Below, one piece after another: positions 30,206-38,700 of a DNA stretch of 64,000 nucleotides. How positions within the stretch are numbered: position 1 is the first letter of the stretch; the number at the start of each line of letters is the position of its first letter. The stretch is from Planctomycetota bacterium. Its GTDB lineage: Bacteria > Planctomycetota > UBA1135 > GCA-002686595. Under the pieces are notes generated by a model. The model was given only the letters and a program-made list of their open reading frames with translations, was not told the DNA's origin and did not search any database. The stretch lies in contig JAKLKU010000009.1 of assembly GCA_023150475.1 (NCBI GenBank), positions 75,375 through 139,374 of the forward strand, in the 5' to 3' direction. A program made the position numbers and the translations under genes.

Positions 30206-30685
30206 CTCTGCACGCGCGTGCGCGAAGCGAAGCCGCGGCTGCTCTTCGAGCGCAAGGCGATCGAAGCGACGGCGCGGCTCGGGCCCGTCGAACAACAGGG
30301 CGCCGACATGTTGCTACTGCGCCCCGGCGGCGCCGCGATCGAATTCGACGCGTCGCTCGTCGGCGCGGGACGGCGCGAGTTCGAGATCGAACTCCTCGCG
30401 CTCGGTCAGGAATCGCGCGTGACGCTCGGCGGTCGCGTGCTGATCGACGGCCGCGAGATCGGGCGCATCGCGCCGTTCTCGGCGGAAGGCCACGATCGTT
30501 CGGTCGTGGTGCGTTTCGAACACGAGCTCTCCGCTGCACCGCGGGTCCTGCGGCTCGAAAGCCGGCCCGCGGAACGCGAGCGCGAGCTCTACTTGCGTGT
30601 GCGCCGCGTCGCGGTGCGCGAACCCGCCGCTCCCACGCTCAGTCAGCTCGCGGCGATGGACGCGTCCGTCGCCACTCCTGCATGA
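25400..30685 (+). CDS. Giant four-module glycosyltransferase (GT2-GT4-GT2-GT4 plus ~150-aa C-terminal domain)
   Basis: Two GT2 modules ('DSGSTDRTLAIL', 'FDHGDTRN', 'LLVFLTQDAIPSSP' and 'EFGEDLL', each motif present twice). Two GT4 modules ('FVVHGFPP(E/D)TWAGTEVYTL', 'GSLVWYKG' and 'FENSP(L/I)TI(H/K)EAF', each motif present twice). Single uninterrupted 1761-aa frame. Confidence 0.85.
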   Translation: MSRVQSISIHLPTLNGEAFLERVLAALAAQRCDVPWDLFVVDSGSTDRTLAILEDFRARFPVPFSIERIHALEFDHGDTRNRLASRSQGELLVFLTQDAIPSSPDWLARLARNFEDPRVAAAYCRNVPRPDAERLTRILSAADPGYASERREVRLPPAEEYARLDPHAKRLLYNFNDVASALRRSVWELCPFARTEFGEDLLLARALLEAGHTLVYDAEATVEHSHDYGPVELGRRAEIDARFNAEWLDRICVASEKDARTLTDRFVASDREALAASGLSGTELEQEVERARRLRTALFDGLWRGGASRVRRPKPRMLERKDLSVLFVVHGFPPETWAGTEVYTLTLAKELARRGQKVAVLARSAPKLSPSEGGPADFALSRETFEGLTVWRLAHRLDHQSLRDTYAHPEVELGFERVLAEQRPDVVHFQHLLHLSAGLIGLAQRHGAASVLTLNDYWGLCARVQLVRPDGVRCEEPQGLGCLVCVKNKDYSSIERAKELYPLAKPLVKLAEFALAVPKLPSVKLERILHKRRVKLGRWARAYRDVQARPDVVLGAMASADLVIGPSRFLREKYLASGRFDSRRFLYSDYGMVTDHLHALEKTHDPQGAVRFGYVGSLVWYKGVDVLVRAIASLPESANAKLAIFGAFDPARDPYHAELADLAARAAPGRVVFRGRFENAKLAEVYREIDVLVVPSVWFENSPLTIHEAFLLSTPVVTSDIGGMKELVRDGVDGLHFKVGDAADLATKLARFVAEPDLVARLSRDFPRIKTIAEDAMDMEWRYRGLVALRPPNVRPQAAAGAATTTPAVLRGNGVHGSAGPSERVSSPAPSAMRPLRSISVLMPTWQGEEFLERVLAALAGQRCKFAWDFLAIDSGSTDRTLAILAAWRERFPVPLRIEAIHKCEFDHGDTRNLLASRCDGDLLVFLTQDAIPSSPEWLETLAANFADEHVGAAYCRNVPRPDAELLTRVFSETDPGYTPGRREVRLPPKDAYARLGPHERRLLYNFNDVASAVRRELWERHPFPRAEFGEDLLMARAVLEAGYTVVYDDRATVEHSHDYTPAQMRARAAIDAKFNVEWLERVCVGSESDARILTERQLVRDREALTATGLSGNALDAELGRAKALREAAFFGLHEGGLSKRRHAPTRMLGRTSLHVLFVVHGFPPDTWAGTEVYTLNLARELVKLGHRCTVLTRAPAKQSVADGGPADFSLEPSEFEGLRVWRMTHRLQHENLRQTYDQPKAVAAFREVLLREKPDVVHFQHLIHLSAGLVKLAREFGLPTVLHCHDYWAICSRVQLIRPDGERCEENQGAGCFACIKDRDLSFIGRMHEWGTRAHGLVDELARLEHRGQPMAEKSRARWEGFGDLMARQEFVLDAYAAADLRISPSRFLRDKLLATGRFEPHTTLYSDNGTRTDLVRALAKRPDPAGRVRFGFVGSLVWYKGGKVLIEALNRLAGRPCVLHVWGDFKPESDPHHAELAALARSRNVEFHGRFDNPRLAEVYADIDVLIVPSLWFENSPITIKEAFLFRTPVVTSDIGGMREFVRDGVDGLHFAVGDAEDLARKLARFLDEPDLAARLSRDFPRVKTIEENAREIEFRYRSLCTRVREAKPRLLFERKAIEATARLGPVEQQGADMLLLRPGGAAIEFDASLVGAGRREFEIELLALGQESRVTLGGRVLIDGREIGRIAPFSAEGHDRSVVVRFEHELSAAPRVLRLESRPAERERELYLRVRRVAVREPAAPTLSQLAAMDASVATPA

Positions 30686-31992
30686 AACGTTTCCTGAATC
30701 GACTGCTCGGCGAGCGCGGCGCGCGCGACGGCTCCGGCGCATCGTCGTCCGCCGGCGGTCCGGCGCGCCTCGACGAGCTCGTCGTGACGCCTGGTGGCCC
30801 CGTGTCGGACTCGGCGCTGCCGCGCGCGACGTTCGTGATCCTGAACTACAACGGCCGCCACCATCTCGAGCTCTGCTTTTCGAGCCTCGCGAAGCTCGAT
30901 TATCCGCGCGAGAAGCTCGAAGTGCTGCTGATCGACAACGGCTCGGACGACGGCAGCGTCGAGGAGATGCGCGCGAAGCACCCGTGGGTGCGGCTGCACG
31001 TCAACGATCGCAACCTCGGCTTCGCGCCAGCGTGCAACCAAGGCGCGAGCCTCGCGACGCGCCCCGAAGTGTTGGTGTTCCTGAACAACGACATGCGCGT
31101 CGATCCCGCGTTCCTGAAGGAGCTCGTCGCGCCGCTCGTGCGCGGCGAGTGCGACGCGACGACGGCGAAGATGTTCTCGTGGGACGGCAAAGTGATGAAC
31201 TTCGCCGGCGGCGGGATGAACTTCCACGGGCTCGGCATCCAGTACGGCTTGAACCGTCCGCCGGGGCCGGAGTTCGACGTGCCGCGCAAGTCGCTCTTCC
31301 CGTGCGGCGGCGCGATGGCGATCCGCGCGCGCACCTACGACGAGGTCGGCGGCTTCGATCCGGAGTTCTTCGCCTACTACGAAGACGTCGACCTGGGTTG
31401 GCGACTCTGGGTGCAGGGCAAGAGCGTCCACTACGTGCCGTCGTCGGTGTGTTGGCACCACCACTCGAGCACGTCGAAGAGCTTTCCGCCGGAAGTCGTG
31501 CGCCTCCTGCAAGTGCGCAACCCGATGTACGCGTGCTTCAAGAACTACGACGACGAGAACCTGCGCAAGGTGCTGCCGGCGATGCTCGCGCTCGCGCTGC
31601 GCCGCATGCTCGTCGTGTCGGGCATCCCGTCGGACGAGCCGTTCCGGATCGAGAAGGCCTTCGCTCGGCCGTCGAGCCTCGTCGGCAAACTGATGGAGAA
31701 GGCGCACAAGCAGCTCGAAAGCGACATCCCGATCCGCCGCATCGCCGCCGCGGATCTGATCGGCATCAACGACCTGCTCGCCAACTGGGAGCATTGGATG
31801 GAGCGCCGCCGCGAGGTACAGTCCCGCCGCGCGCGAGCCGATCAGGAGATCTTCCGACTGTTCCTGAAGCCCATGTGGTGCATCGAACAAGACCCGGCCT
31901 ACCGTGCGCTGCACAGAGGCGTCTCCGAGTTCTGCGGGGTCGACGAACTCTTCCGCGGACTCGAGTTCTTCCCTGGCGAGCCGCACAAGTGA
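30682..31992 (+). CDS. Family 2 glycosyltransferase
   Basis: ATGA overlap with the upstream stop (30682-30685). 'ATFVILNYNGRHHLELCFSSL', 'LIDNGSDDGS', 'NLGFAPACNQG', 'LNNDMRV' and 'FFAYYEDVDLGWRL'. Confidence 0.8.
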   Translation: MKRFLNRLLGERGARDGSGASSSAGGPARLDELVVTPGGPVSDSALPRATFVILNYNGRHHLELCFSSLAKLDYPREKLEVLLIDNGSDDGSVEEMRAKHPWVRLHVNDRNLGFAPACNQGASLATRPEVLVFLNNDMRVDPAFLKELVAPLVRGECDATTAKMFSWDGKVMNFAGGGMNFHGLGIQYGLNRPPGPEFDVPRKSLFPCGGAMAIRARTYDEVGGFDPEFFAYYEDVDLGWRLWVQGKSVHYVPSSVCWHHHSSTSKSFPPEVVRLLQVRNPMYACFKNYDDENLRKVLPAMLALALRRMLVVSGIPSDEPFRIEKAFARPSSLVGKLMEKAHKQLESDIPIRRIAAADLIGINDLLANWEHWMERRREVQSRRARADQEIFRLFLKPMWCIEQDPAYRALHRGVSEFCGVDELFRGLEFFPGEPHK

Positions 31993-32037
31993 TGGCCCGC
32001 GTCCGCGCTTTCGAATTCACGCGATGAAGCTCTCCGC

Positions 32038-32727
32038 ATGAAGCTCTCGGTCGTCATTCCGGTCTACAACGAAGAGCGCACGCTCGCGGAGATCGTCAAA
32101 CGTGTCCAAGCGACGCCCTTCGAGAAGGAGCTCGTGCTCGTCAACGACTGCTCGAAGGACAAGACGCGCGAGATCATGGACGCACTCGCGAAGCAGTACG
32201 ACAACGTGCGCTGCTTCCACCACGAAGTGAACCAGGGCAAGGGCGGCGCGCTCGCGACTGGTTTCTCGAAGGTCACCGGCGACGTGGTGTTGATCCAGGA
32301 CGCCGACCTCGAGTACGACCCGGCCGATTACCCGGTGCTCCTGCGGCCGATCCTCGAAGGCAAGGCCGACGTCGTGTTCGGCAGCCGCTTCCTCGGAGGC
32401 GCGTACAGCCGCGTGCATCTCTTCTATCACTACGTCGGCAACCGGATGCTGACGTTGATGTCGAACTGCTTCACGAACCTCAACCTGACGGACATGGAGA
32501 CCTGCTACAAGGTCTTCAAGCGCGAGGTCGCCGACAAGCTGAACATCAAGTCGCGCACGTTCGCCGTCGAGCCCGAGATCACGGCGAAAGTCGCGAAGCT
32601 GCACGTGCGCGTCTACGAAGTGCCGATCAGCTACGCGGGCCGCGACTACTCCGAAGGCAAGAAGATCGGCCCGAAGGACGCGTTCATCGCGTTCTACGCC
32701 ATCGTGCGCTGGAGCCTGTTCTCCTGA
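32038..32727 (+). CDS. Family 2 glycosyltransferase, polyprenol-phosphate sugar transferase (Dpm1/GtrB)-like
   Basis: 'KLSVVIPVYNEERTL', 'LVNDCSKDKT', 'NQGKGGAL' and 'VVLIQDADLEYDP'. Confidence 0.85.
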   Translation: MKLSVVIPVYNEERTLAEIVKRVQATPFEKELVLVNDCSKDKTREIMDALAKQYDNVRCFHHEVNQGKGGALATGFSKVTGDVVLIQDADLEYDPADYPVLLRPILEGKADVVFGSRFLGGAYSRVHLFYHYVGNRMLTLMSNCFTNLNLTDMETCYKVFKREVADKLNIKSRTFAVEPEITAKVAKLHVRVYEVPISYAGRDYSEGKKIGPKDAFIAFYAIVRWSLFS

Positions 32728-32949
32728 GGAACGCCGGGCGCGGACCGCGGCTTCCGCGCGACGAAGAGTCGGCGCCGTAGGCCCACGCGCAGCGACTCGG
32801 GCCCGGCGCCCACGGGTTCCTGGGCTGCACGGAAGTCCCCGTTCGGTCGCGCGGGCGCGTACGCCCGCGCCGCGCGTGGACCGTCGAGTCGCCGCCGCTC
32901 GGTCGCTAGCATCGCCGCCGCCGTGCGAGCTTCGCGCGGCGGCGCACGC

Positions 32950-35715
32950 ATGGCCACGATCGAGCGGATCTTCCTCGGCTTCGAACGGCCGTTCCTCGAC
33001 CACGTCGCGGAGCGCTGGTGCGCCGCGCTCGGGCCCGCCGACGATCCGTCGCGGACGCTCTTCGTGCTGCCCGGAGCCCGTGCGGCGCGCGAACTCGAAG
33101 CGCGGCTCGCGCGCCGACTCGACCTGTCGCGGCCGCCGCCGCGCGTGATCACGGAGGGCCGGCTCGCCGAGGCTCTGTCGCGAGTGACGTTGCGGCTCGC
33201 GTCGCCGCTCGAGCGCACGCTCGCGTGGCGCGACGTGCTCGCCGACCTCGCGCCATCGGAGCGCAACGTGCTGTGGCGTGGGAGCGGTCCAGTCCCCGAG
33301 GCGCACGGTGCACCGGGCGGCGGGCCGCTCGCGCGAGCCGCGGCGCGTGCGTTCGCCGAGCTCGCTGGCCACGCGTTCGAGCCCGACGAAGTCGCGGCGC
33401 ACCTCGAGCGCGCAGGTCGCCGCGACGCCGCCCGTTGGCGTGCGTTCGCTCGGGCGACGGCGGCGTACCGGGAGCGTCTCGCCCGCGGCGGCGCCGTCGA
33501 TCCTGCCGACGCGGCGCGGCACGTGCTCGATCGTGGGCTCGCGCGCGCCGACGTGCGGATCGAACTCGTCGGCTGCGTCGACCTGCCTCGGTCCGCGCGC
33601 CGGCTGGTCGCGGCGCTCGAGCGAGCCGCGCGTGCGTGGGTGTACGCGCCGGTGGAGCTCGACGAGACGTTCGACGAATTCGGCGGCCTGGTGCTCGACG
33701 CGTGGGCCGAGCGCGACGTGCCGCTCGCGACCGAACGTTGGCGTGTCGCGCGCGGTCCCGACGACCAGGCGCGGATCGTCGTCCTGGAACTCGCCGAGCT
33801 CGCGCCACGCTTCGCGCCGCACGAAGTCGCGCTCGGCGTGCTCGACCGCGAGATCCGGCCGTTCCTCGAGCGACGCCTCGCCGAAGCCGGCGTCGACTCG
33901 CGCTGGGCGGCGGGTCGCCCGTTCGCGACGACGGCGCTCGCGCGTTTCCTCGGCCTCGTCGAGCGTTTCGTCGCCGACCGCCGCTTCGAGGACTTCCGAG
34001 CGCTGCTCGTGCATCCCGACGTCGAAGCCGCGCTCGAACGCGACCTCGGCGGCTCGCTCTCCGCGCTCGCGGACACCCTCGACTCGTACGCGGCGGCGTG
34101 CGTACCGGCGCGCCTCGCCGAAGGGTTTGCGCCCGGCGCCGAGCAGTCGGACGAACTCGCTCGGGCGCGGGACGCGCTCTTCGCGTTGCTCGGCGAGTTC
34201 GGCCGCGATGCGCGGCTCTCGCTCGCGGCGTGGGCGGACGAACTCGCGCGCCTGGTCGCCGAAGTGTGCGACGAAGTCGACCTCGGCGCGGAGGATCCGA
34301 GCGGTTGGGACCGTGCGCGAGCGTTCGCGGCGTTCGCCGAGCTGCTCGAAGAGCTGCGCGACACCGCGGTCGCCGGTCACGTCTGCGACGCGCGTGAAGC
34401 GCTCGCGTTGGTCGCCGAACGGACCGCGGCGGTCGAGCTCCCGCCGCCGCCGCGGATCGGCGCGCGGCCGACGCTCGACTTGCAGGGCTGGCTCGAGTTG
34501 CCGCTCGATGCCGCGCCGGTCGCGTTCGTCGCCGGCTTCGACGAAGGCAACGTGCCGCGGCCCGCCTCGGAGAGCGCGTGGCTGCCGGAGCGTCTGCGCA
34601 GCGAGCTCGGGCTCGGCTCGGCGCGCGCGCGCGTCGCACGCGACGTCTGGATCGCGACCGTGCTCGCGGAGACCCGCACGACGTGGTGGGTGAGCTCGAA
34701 GAAGAGCCTTTCCGGCGATCCGCGCACGCCGAGTCGCCTCGTGTTCCGCGCCGAGCGCGACGTGGTCGTCGAACGCCTCGGCCGTGCGTTCGTCGACGAG
34801 GCGGAGACCGCGACGCCGGCGGCGGCGACGGCGCTCGACTTCGTGTTGGCGCGTGCGCCGACCCCCAAGCTCGAGCGCGTGCGGGTCACGGCGTTCCGCA
34901 CGTACCTCCGTTCGCCGTACCGCTTCTACCTCGAGCACGTGCTCGGGCTCTCGACGGTCGCGCCGCGGGTGCTGGAGCTCGACGCGTTGCGCTTCGGCGT
35001 GCTGGCGCACGACGTGCTGCAAGCGTTCGGCGAGAGCGAGCTCGCGCGCTCGCGCGACGCCGACGCGATCGCGGGCTTCCTCGACGACCGTCTGCGGCGC
35101 GCCGTCGCGCATTCGTTGGATCCCGCGCGGCACGCCGCAGTGCACTTGCAGGTCGAGCAACTCGCCGCGCGGCTGCGGCGGTTCGCGGCCTGGCAAGCGC
35201 GCACGGTCACCGAAGGCTGGACGATCGAACACGTCGAATGGTCGCCGCGCGAGCCGGTGCGGATCGAAACGCCGCGCGGAAGCCTGCGGCTCTCCGGTCG
35301 GATCGACCGCATCGATCGCCACGCGGCGAGCGGTCGTTGGCGAGTGCTCGACTACAAGACTTCCGACGGCGGCAAGAAGCCGAGCCAGACGCACCGTCGC
35401 GGTGGGGAGTGGATCGACCTGCAGTTGCCGCTCTACCGGCACTTGGCGCGCGAGCTCGTCGGCGACGCTCCGCTCGCGCTCGGATACGTCGCGCTCGACG
35501 CCGGGAAGGACGAGGACTTGGAGGCGCTCGCGGATTGGAAGCCCGAGGACCTCGCGCGCGCCGACTTCGTCGCGCACGAAGTCGTCGAGAAGGTGCTCGC
35601 CGGCGTCTTCGACGAAGTCGGCGACGACGAACCGGACGAGCCCATCTTCGCCGCGCTCTGCGGTTTCGGCCTCGCCGCGGCGAGCGACCGTGCCGACGCG
35701 GAGGGTGACGCATGA
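32950..35715 (+). CDS. AddB-like PD-(D/E)XK nuclease subunit of a helicase-nuclease complex (no Walker A seen)
   Basis: C-terminal nuclease motif 'LSGRIDRIDRH...WRVLDYKTSD...IDLQLPLYRHL'. The 3' end overlaps the start of the UvrD-type helicase gene (ATGA at 35712-35715). Start chosen at 'MATIERIF'. Confidence 0.6.
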   Translation: MATIERIFLGFERPFLDHVAERWCAALGPADDPSRTLFVLPGARAARELEARLARRLDLSRPPPRVITEGRLAEALSRVTLRLASPLERTLAWRDVLADLAPSERNVLWRGSGPVPEAHGAPGGGPLARAAARAFAELAGHAFEPDEVAAHLERAGRRDAARWRAFARATAAYRERLARGGAVDPADAARHVLDRGLARADVRIELVGCVDLPRSARRLVAALERAARAWVYAPVELDETFDEFGGLVLDAWAERDVPLATERWRVARGPDDQARIVVLELAELAPRFAPHEVALGVLDREIRPFLERRLAEAGVDSRWAAGRPFATTALARFLGLVERFVADRRFEDFRALLVHPDVEAALERDLGGSLSALADTLDSYAAACVPARLAEGFAPGAEQSDELARARDALFALLGEFGRDARLSLAAWADELARLVAEVCDEVDLGAEDPSGWDRARAFAAFAELLEELRDTAVAGHVCDAREALALVAERTAAVELPPPPRIGARPTLDLQGWLELPLDAAPVAFVAGFDEGNVPRPASESAWLPERLRSELGLGSARARVARDVWIATVLAETRTTWWVSSKKSLSGDPRTPSRLVFRAERDVVVERLGRAFVDEAETATPAAATALDFVLARAPTPKLERVRVTAFRTYLRSPYRFYLEHVLGLSTVAPRVLELDALRFGVLAHDVLQAFGESELARSRDADAIAGFLDDRLRRAVAHSLDPARHAAVHLQVEQLAARLRRFAAWQARTVTEGWTIEHVEWSPREPVRIETPRGSLRLSGRIDRIDRHAASGRWRVLDYKTSDGGKKPSQTHRRGGEWIDLQLPLYRHLARELVGDAPLALGYVALDAGKDEDLEALADWKPEDLARADFVAHEVVEKVLAGVFDEVGDDEPDEPIFAALCGFGLAAASDRADAEGDA

Positions 35716-38700
35716 GCGCGCCCCGTGGAGCCTCGGTGGTGCTCGCGTCCGCCGGCTCCGGCAAGACCTATTCGCTGACGACGCACTTCTTGGCGCTCGT
35801 CGCCGCGGGCGTGCCGCCGGAGCGGGTGCTCGCGACGACGTTCACGCGCAAGGCCGCCGGAGAGATCCTCGATCGGATCTTCGCGCGGCTCGTGCGCGCC
35901 TCACGCGACGAACGTGAGCGCGCGGAGCTCGACGCCGCGCTCGGTGGCGCCGTGCCGAGTCGCGCGCGCGCCGCGGAGCTCGCGGCTGGACTCGCGAGGC
36001 ACGTCGAACGTTGTCGCGTGATGACGATCGACTCGTTCTTCGTCGTGTTGGCGCGCGCGTTCGCGGCGGAACTCGGGCTCGCACCCGACTGGCGCATCGC
36101 CGACGAGTTCGATGATGCGCGCGCGAGAGACGCGGCCGTCGCCGCTGCGCTCGAGGACGGCTCGACCGAGCGTTGGATCCTGCTCCTGCGCGAACTCGAA
36201 CGCGCGAAGACGTCGCGCGAAGTGCACGCGACGCTCGTCGCGCGGGTCCGCGACGCCCACGAGCTGTTCCTCGAGTCGCGCGCCGAAGCGTGGTCGGCGC
36301 TCGCACCGCCGCCGCGCGCGGACGCAGCGACCGTCGAACGACTCGCGAAGCGCCTCGCGGCGCTGGCGCCGCCGCTGACCAAACAAGGCAAGCCGAACCA
36401 AACCTGGGTGAACGGCCTCGCCAAGTTGCGCGGACGGGCCGCGGCGGGCGAGTGGGAGGCCTTGGTGAAGGACGGCATCGCCGCGAAGGTGATCGCCGGC
36501 GAAGAGAAGTACGGCTCGGCCGAGATCGGCGTCGACACCCGCGCGCTCGTCACGGAGCTCGTCCGTGTCGCCGCGGCGGAACTCGGCGCGGTCCTCGAGG
36601 GCCAGAATCGCGCGACGCGCGAGTTCGTCGAGCACTTCGCCGCGCAGTTCACCGCACGCCTCGCCGAACGCGGCTGGTTGCGTTTCGCGGACCTCCCGCG
36701 GGCGCTCGCGGCGGACGCGACCGAGGCGCGAGACTTCGCCGAGGAACTCGCGTGGCGGCTCGACGCGGAGCTCGATCACCTCTTGCTCGACGAGTTCCAG
36801 GACACGTCTCCGGCGCAGTGGCGCGTGCTGCGGCCGCTCGCCGAGGAACTCGCGGCCGACGGCTCGGGCGCGAAGAGCTTCTTCTGCGTCGGCGACACCA
36901 AGCAGTCGATCTACGGTTGGCGCGGTGGCGATCCGCGCCTGCTCGAAGGCGTCGCCGCGTGGCCGACCGTCGAGCGCCGGAGCCTGACGGTGTCGTACCG
37001 TTCCGCGCCGGTCGTGCTCGCCGCCGTCAATCGCATCTTCGCGGACCTCGCCGCGTCGGCGGCGTTCGCGGACAGCGAGGCGGCGCTCGCCGCGGCGCGG
37101 AAGTTCCGCTTCGACGCGCACAGTGCGGCGAAACCGAAGTTGACGGGCGTGGTGCGCGCGTTGTTCGTCGATGCACACGGCGAAACGGGAGTTGGCGACA
37201 CGGGAGCTGGCGACACGGGCGCCAGCAATTCGGGCGCAGGCGGGCGCAAGGGCGGTGGCGCGGACGCCGTGCGCGCGGCGTGCCGCGCGGCGGCGGTCGA
37301 ACACGTCGTGGAGCTCGCCCGGCGCGCGCCGCGTGCGACGATCGCGATCCTGGTCCGGCGCAAGGCGCAGGTCGGTCCGTTGGTCTACGCGCTGCGGCGG
37401 CGCGGGCTCGCGGCGAGCGGCGAGTCCGGCAATCCGTTGACCGACGCGACGGCGGTGCAAGTCGCGCTCTCGGCGTTGCACCTCGCGGAGCATCCGGCGG
37501 ACACCGCAGCGTGGTTCCACGTCGCGCATTCGCCGCTCGCGGCGCCGCTCGGCATCGCGTGGGGCATGGACCGCGCCACGCTGCGGACGCGGGCGCGCAA
37601 GCTGCGCGAACACGTGCTCGAACGCGGCTTCGCCGAGACGCTCGAGAGCTTCCGACCTGCCTTCGGCGCGGCGAACGCTTGGGAGACGCGGCGTTTCGAG
37701 CGTTTGATCGAGTTCGCGATCGCGCTCGAGAACGATCCGCTCGCGGCGGCGAGCGCGTCGATCGACGAATTCGTCGCCCGAGTGCGCGACGAACGTGTCG
37801 AGGACCCCAGCGCGGCGGCGATCAAAGTGATGACGATCCACGCCGCGAAAGGGCTCGAGTTCGACGCCGTCGTGCTGTGCGACCTCGCGTTCGAGTTCGA
37901 GCGCGTGCCGGCGGCTCTCGTGTGGCGGCGTGTCGACGAAGATCCCCGACGGGAGATCGAAGCGGTGTCGCGTCACGCTGCGAAGGAGTGGCGCAATGCG
38001 CTGCACTTCGTCGGCGCGCCGCGGCTCGCGGAACTCCACTTGGCGACGAGCACGCGGGCCATGTACGACGAACTCTGCGCGCTCTACGTCGCGACGACGC
38101 GTGCGAGGCGGGAGCTCGTCTTCGTGCTGCCGCCCGTCGATCCCGCGGATCCGAGCTACGACTCGGCGGCGGTCGTGGCGCTCGCGCTCGGGATCGCGGG
38201 CAAGCCACCGGGCGAAGCGTGGGTGCTCGACGGCAGCGACGAACGCTGGGTCGCCGAATTCGAGGCGCCGAAGGCAGCGAGCGCGGCCGGCGGCGACGCG
38301 GCGCCCGCCGTGCGTTTCCGTGAACCGTCTTCCGCGCCGGCGGCGGCGAGCGTCGCTCCGTCGAAACGCGGGCCCGGTGCGCCGCTCTCGCTGCGGCTCC
38401 ATTTCGCTCCGACGACGGCGGCGCGGCGCCGCGGCTTGCGTTTGCATCTTTGGCTCGCGGAGGTCGAGTGGCTCGAAGCGTTCGCGCGCACCGATGCCGA
38501 GCTCGTCGAACTCGCTCGCGCGGCGGACCTCGGTGGTGTCGGGCTCGAACGCGACCTCGCGGACTTCCGCCGCTTGCTCGGCACGCCTGCCGCGCGTGAC
38601 GTCCTCTCGCGCGCCGAGAATCCGGGCGACGTCGAAGCGTGGCGCGAGCGGCGTTACCTCTTGCCCGCCTTCGCCGCCGTCAGCGTCGGCGCCGGCAGCG

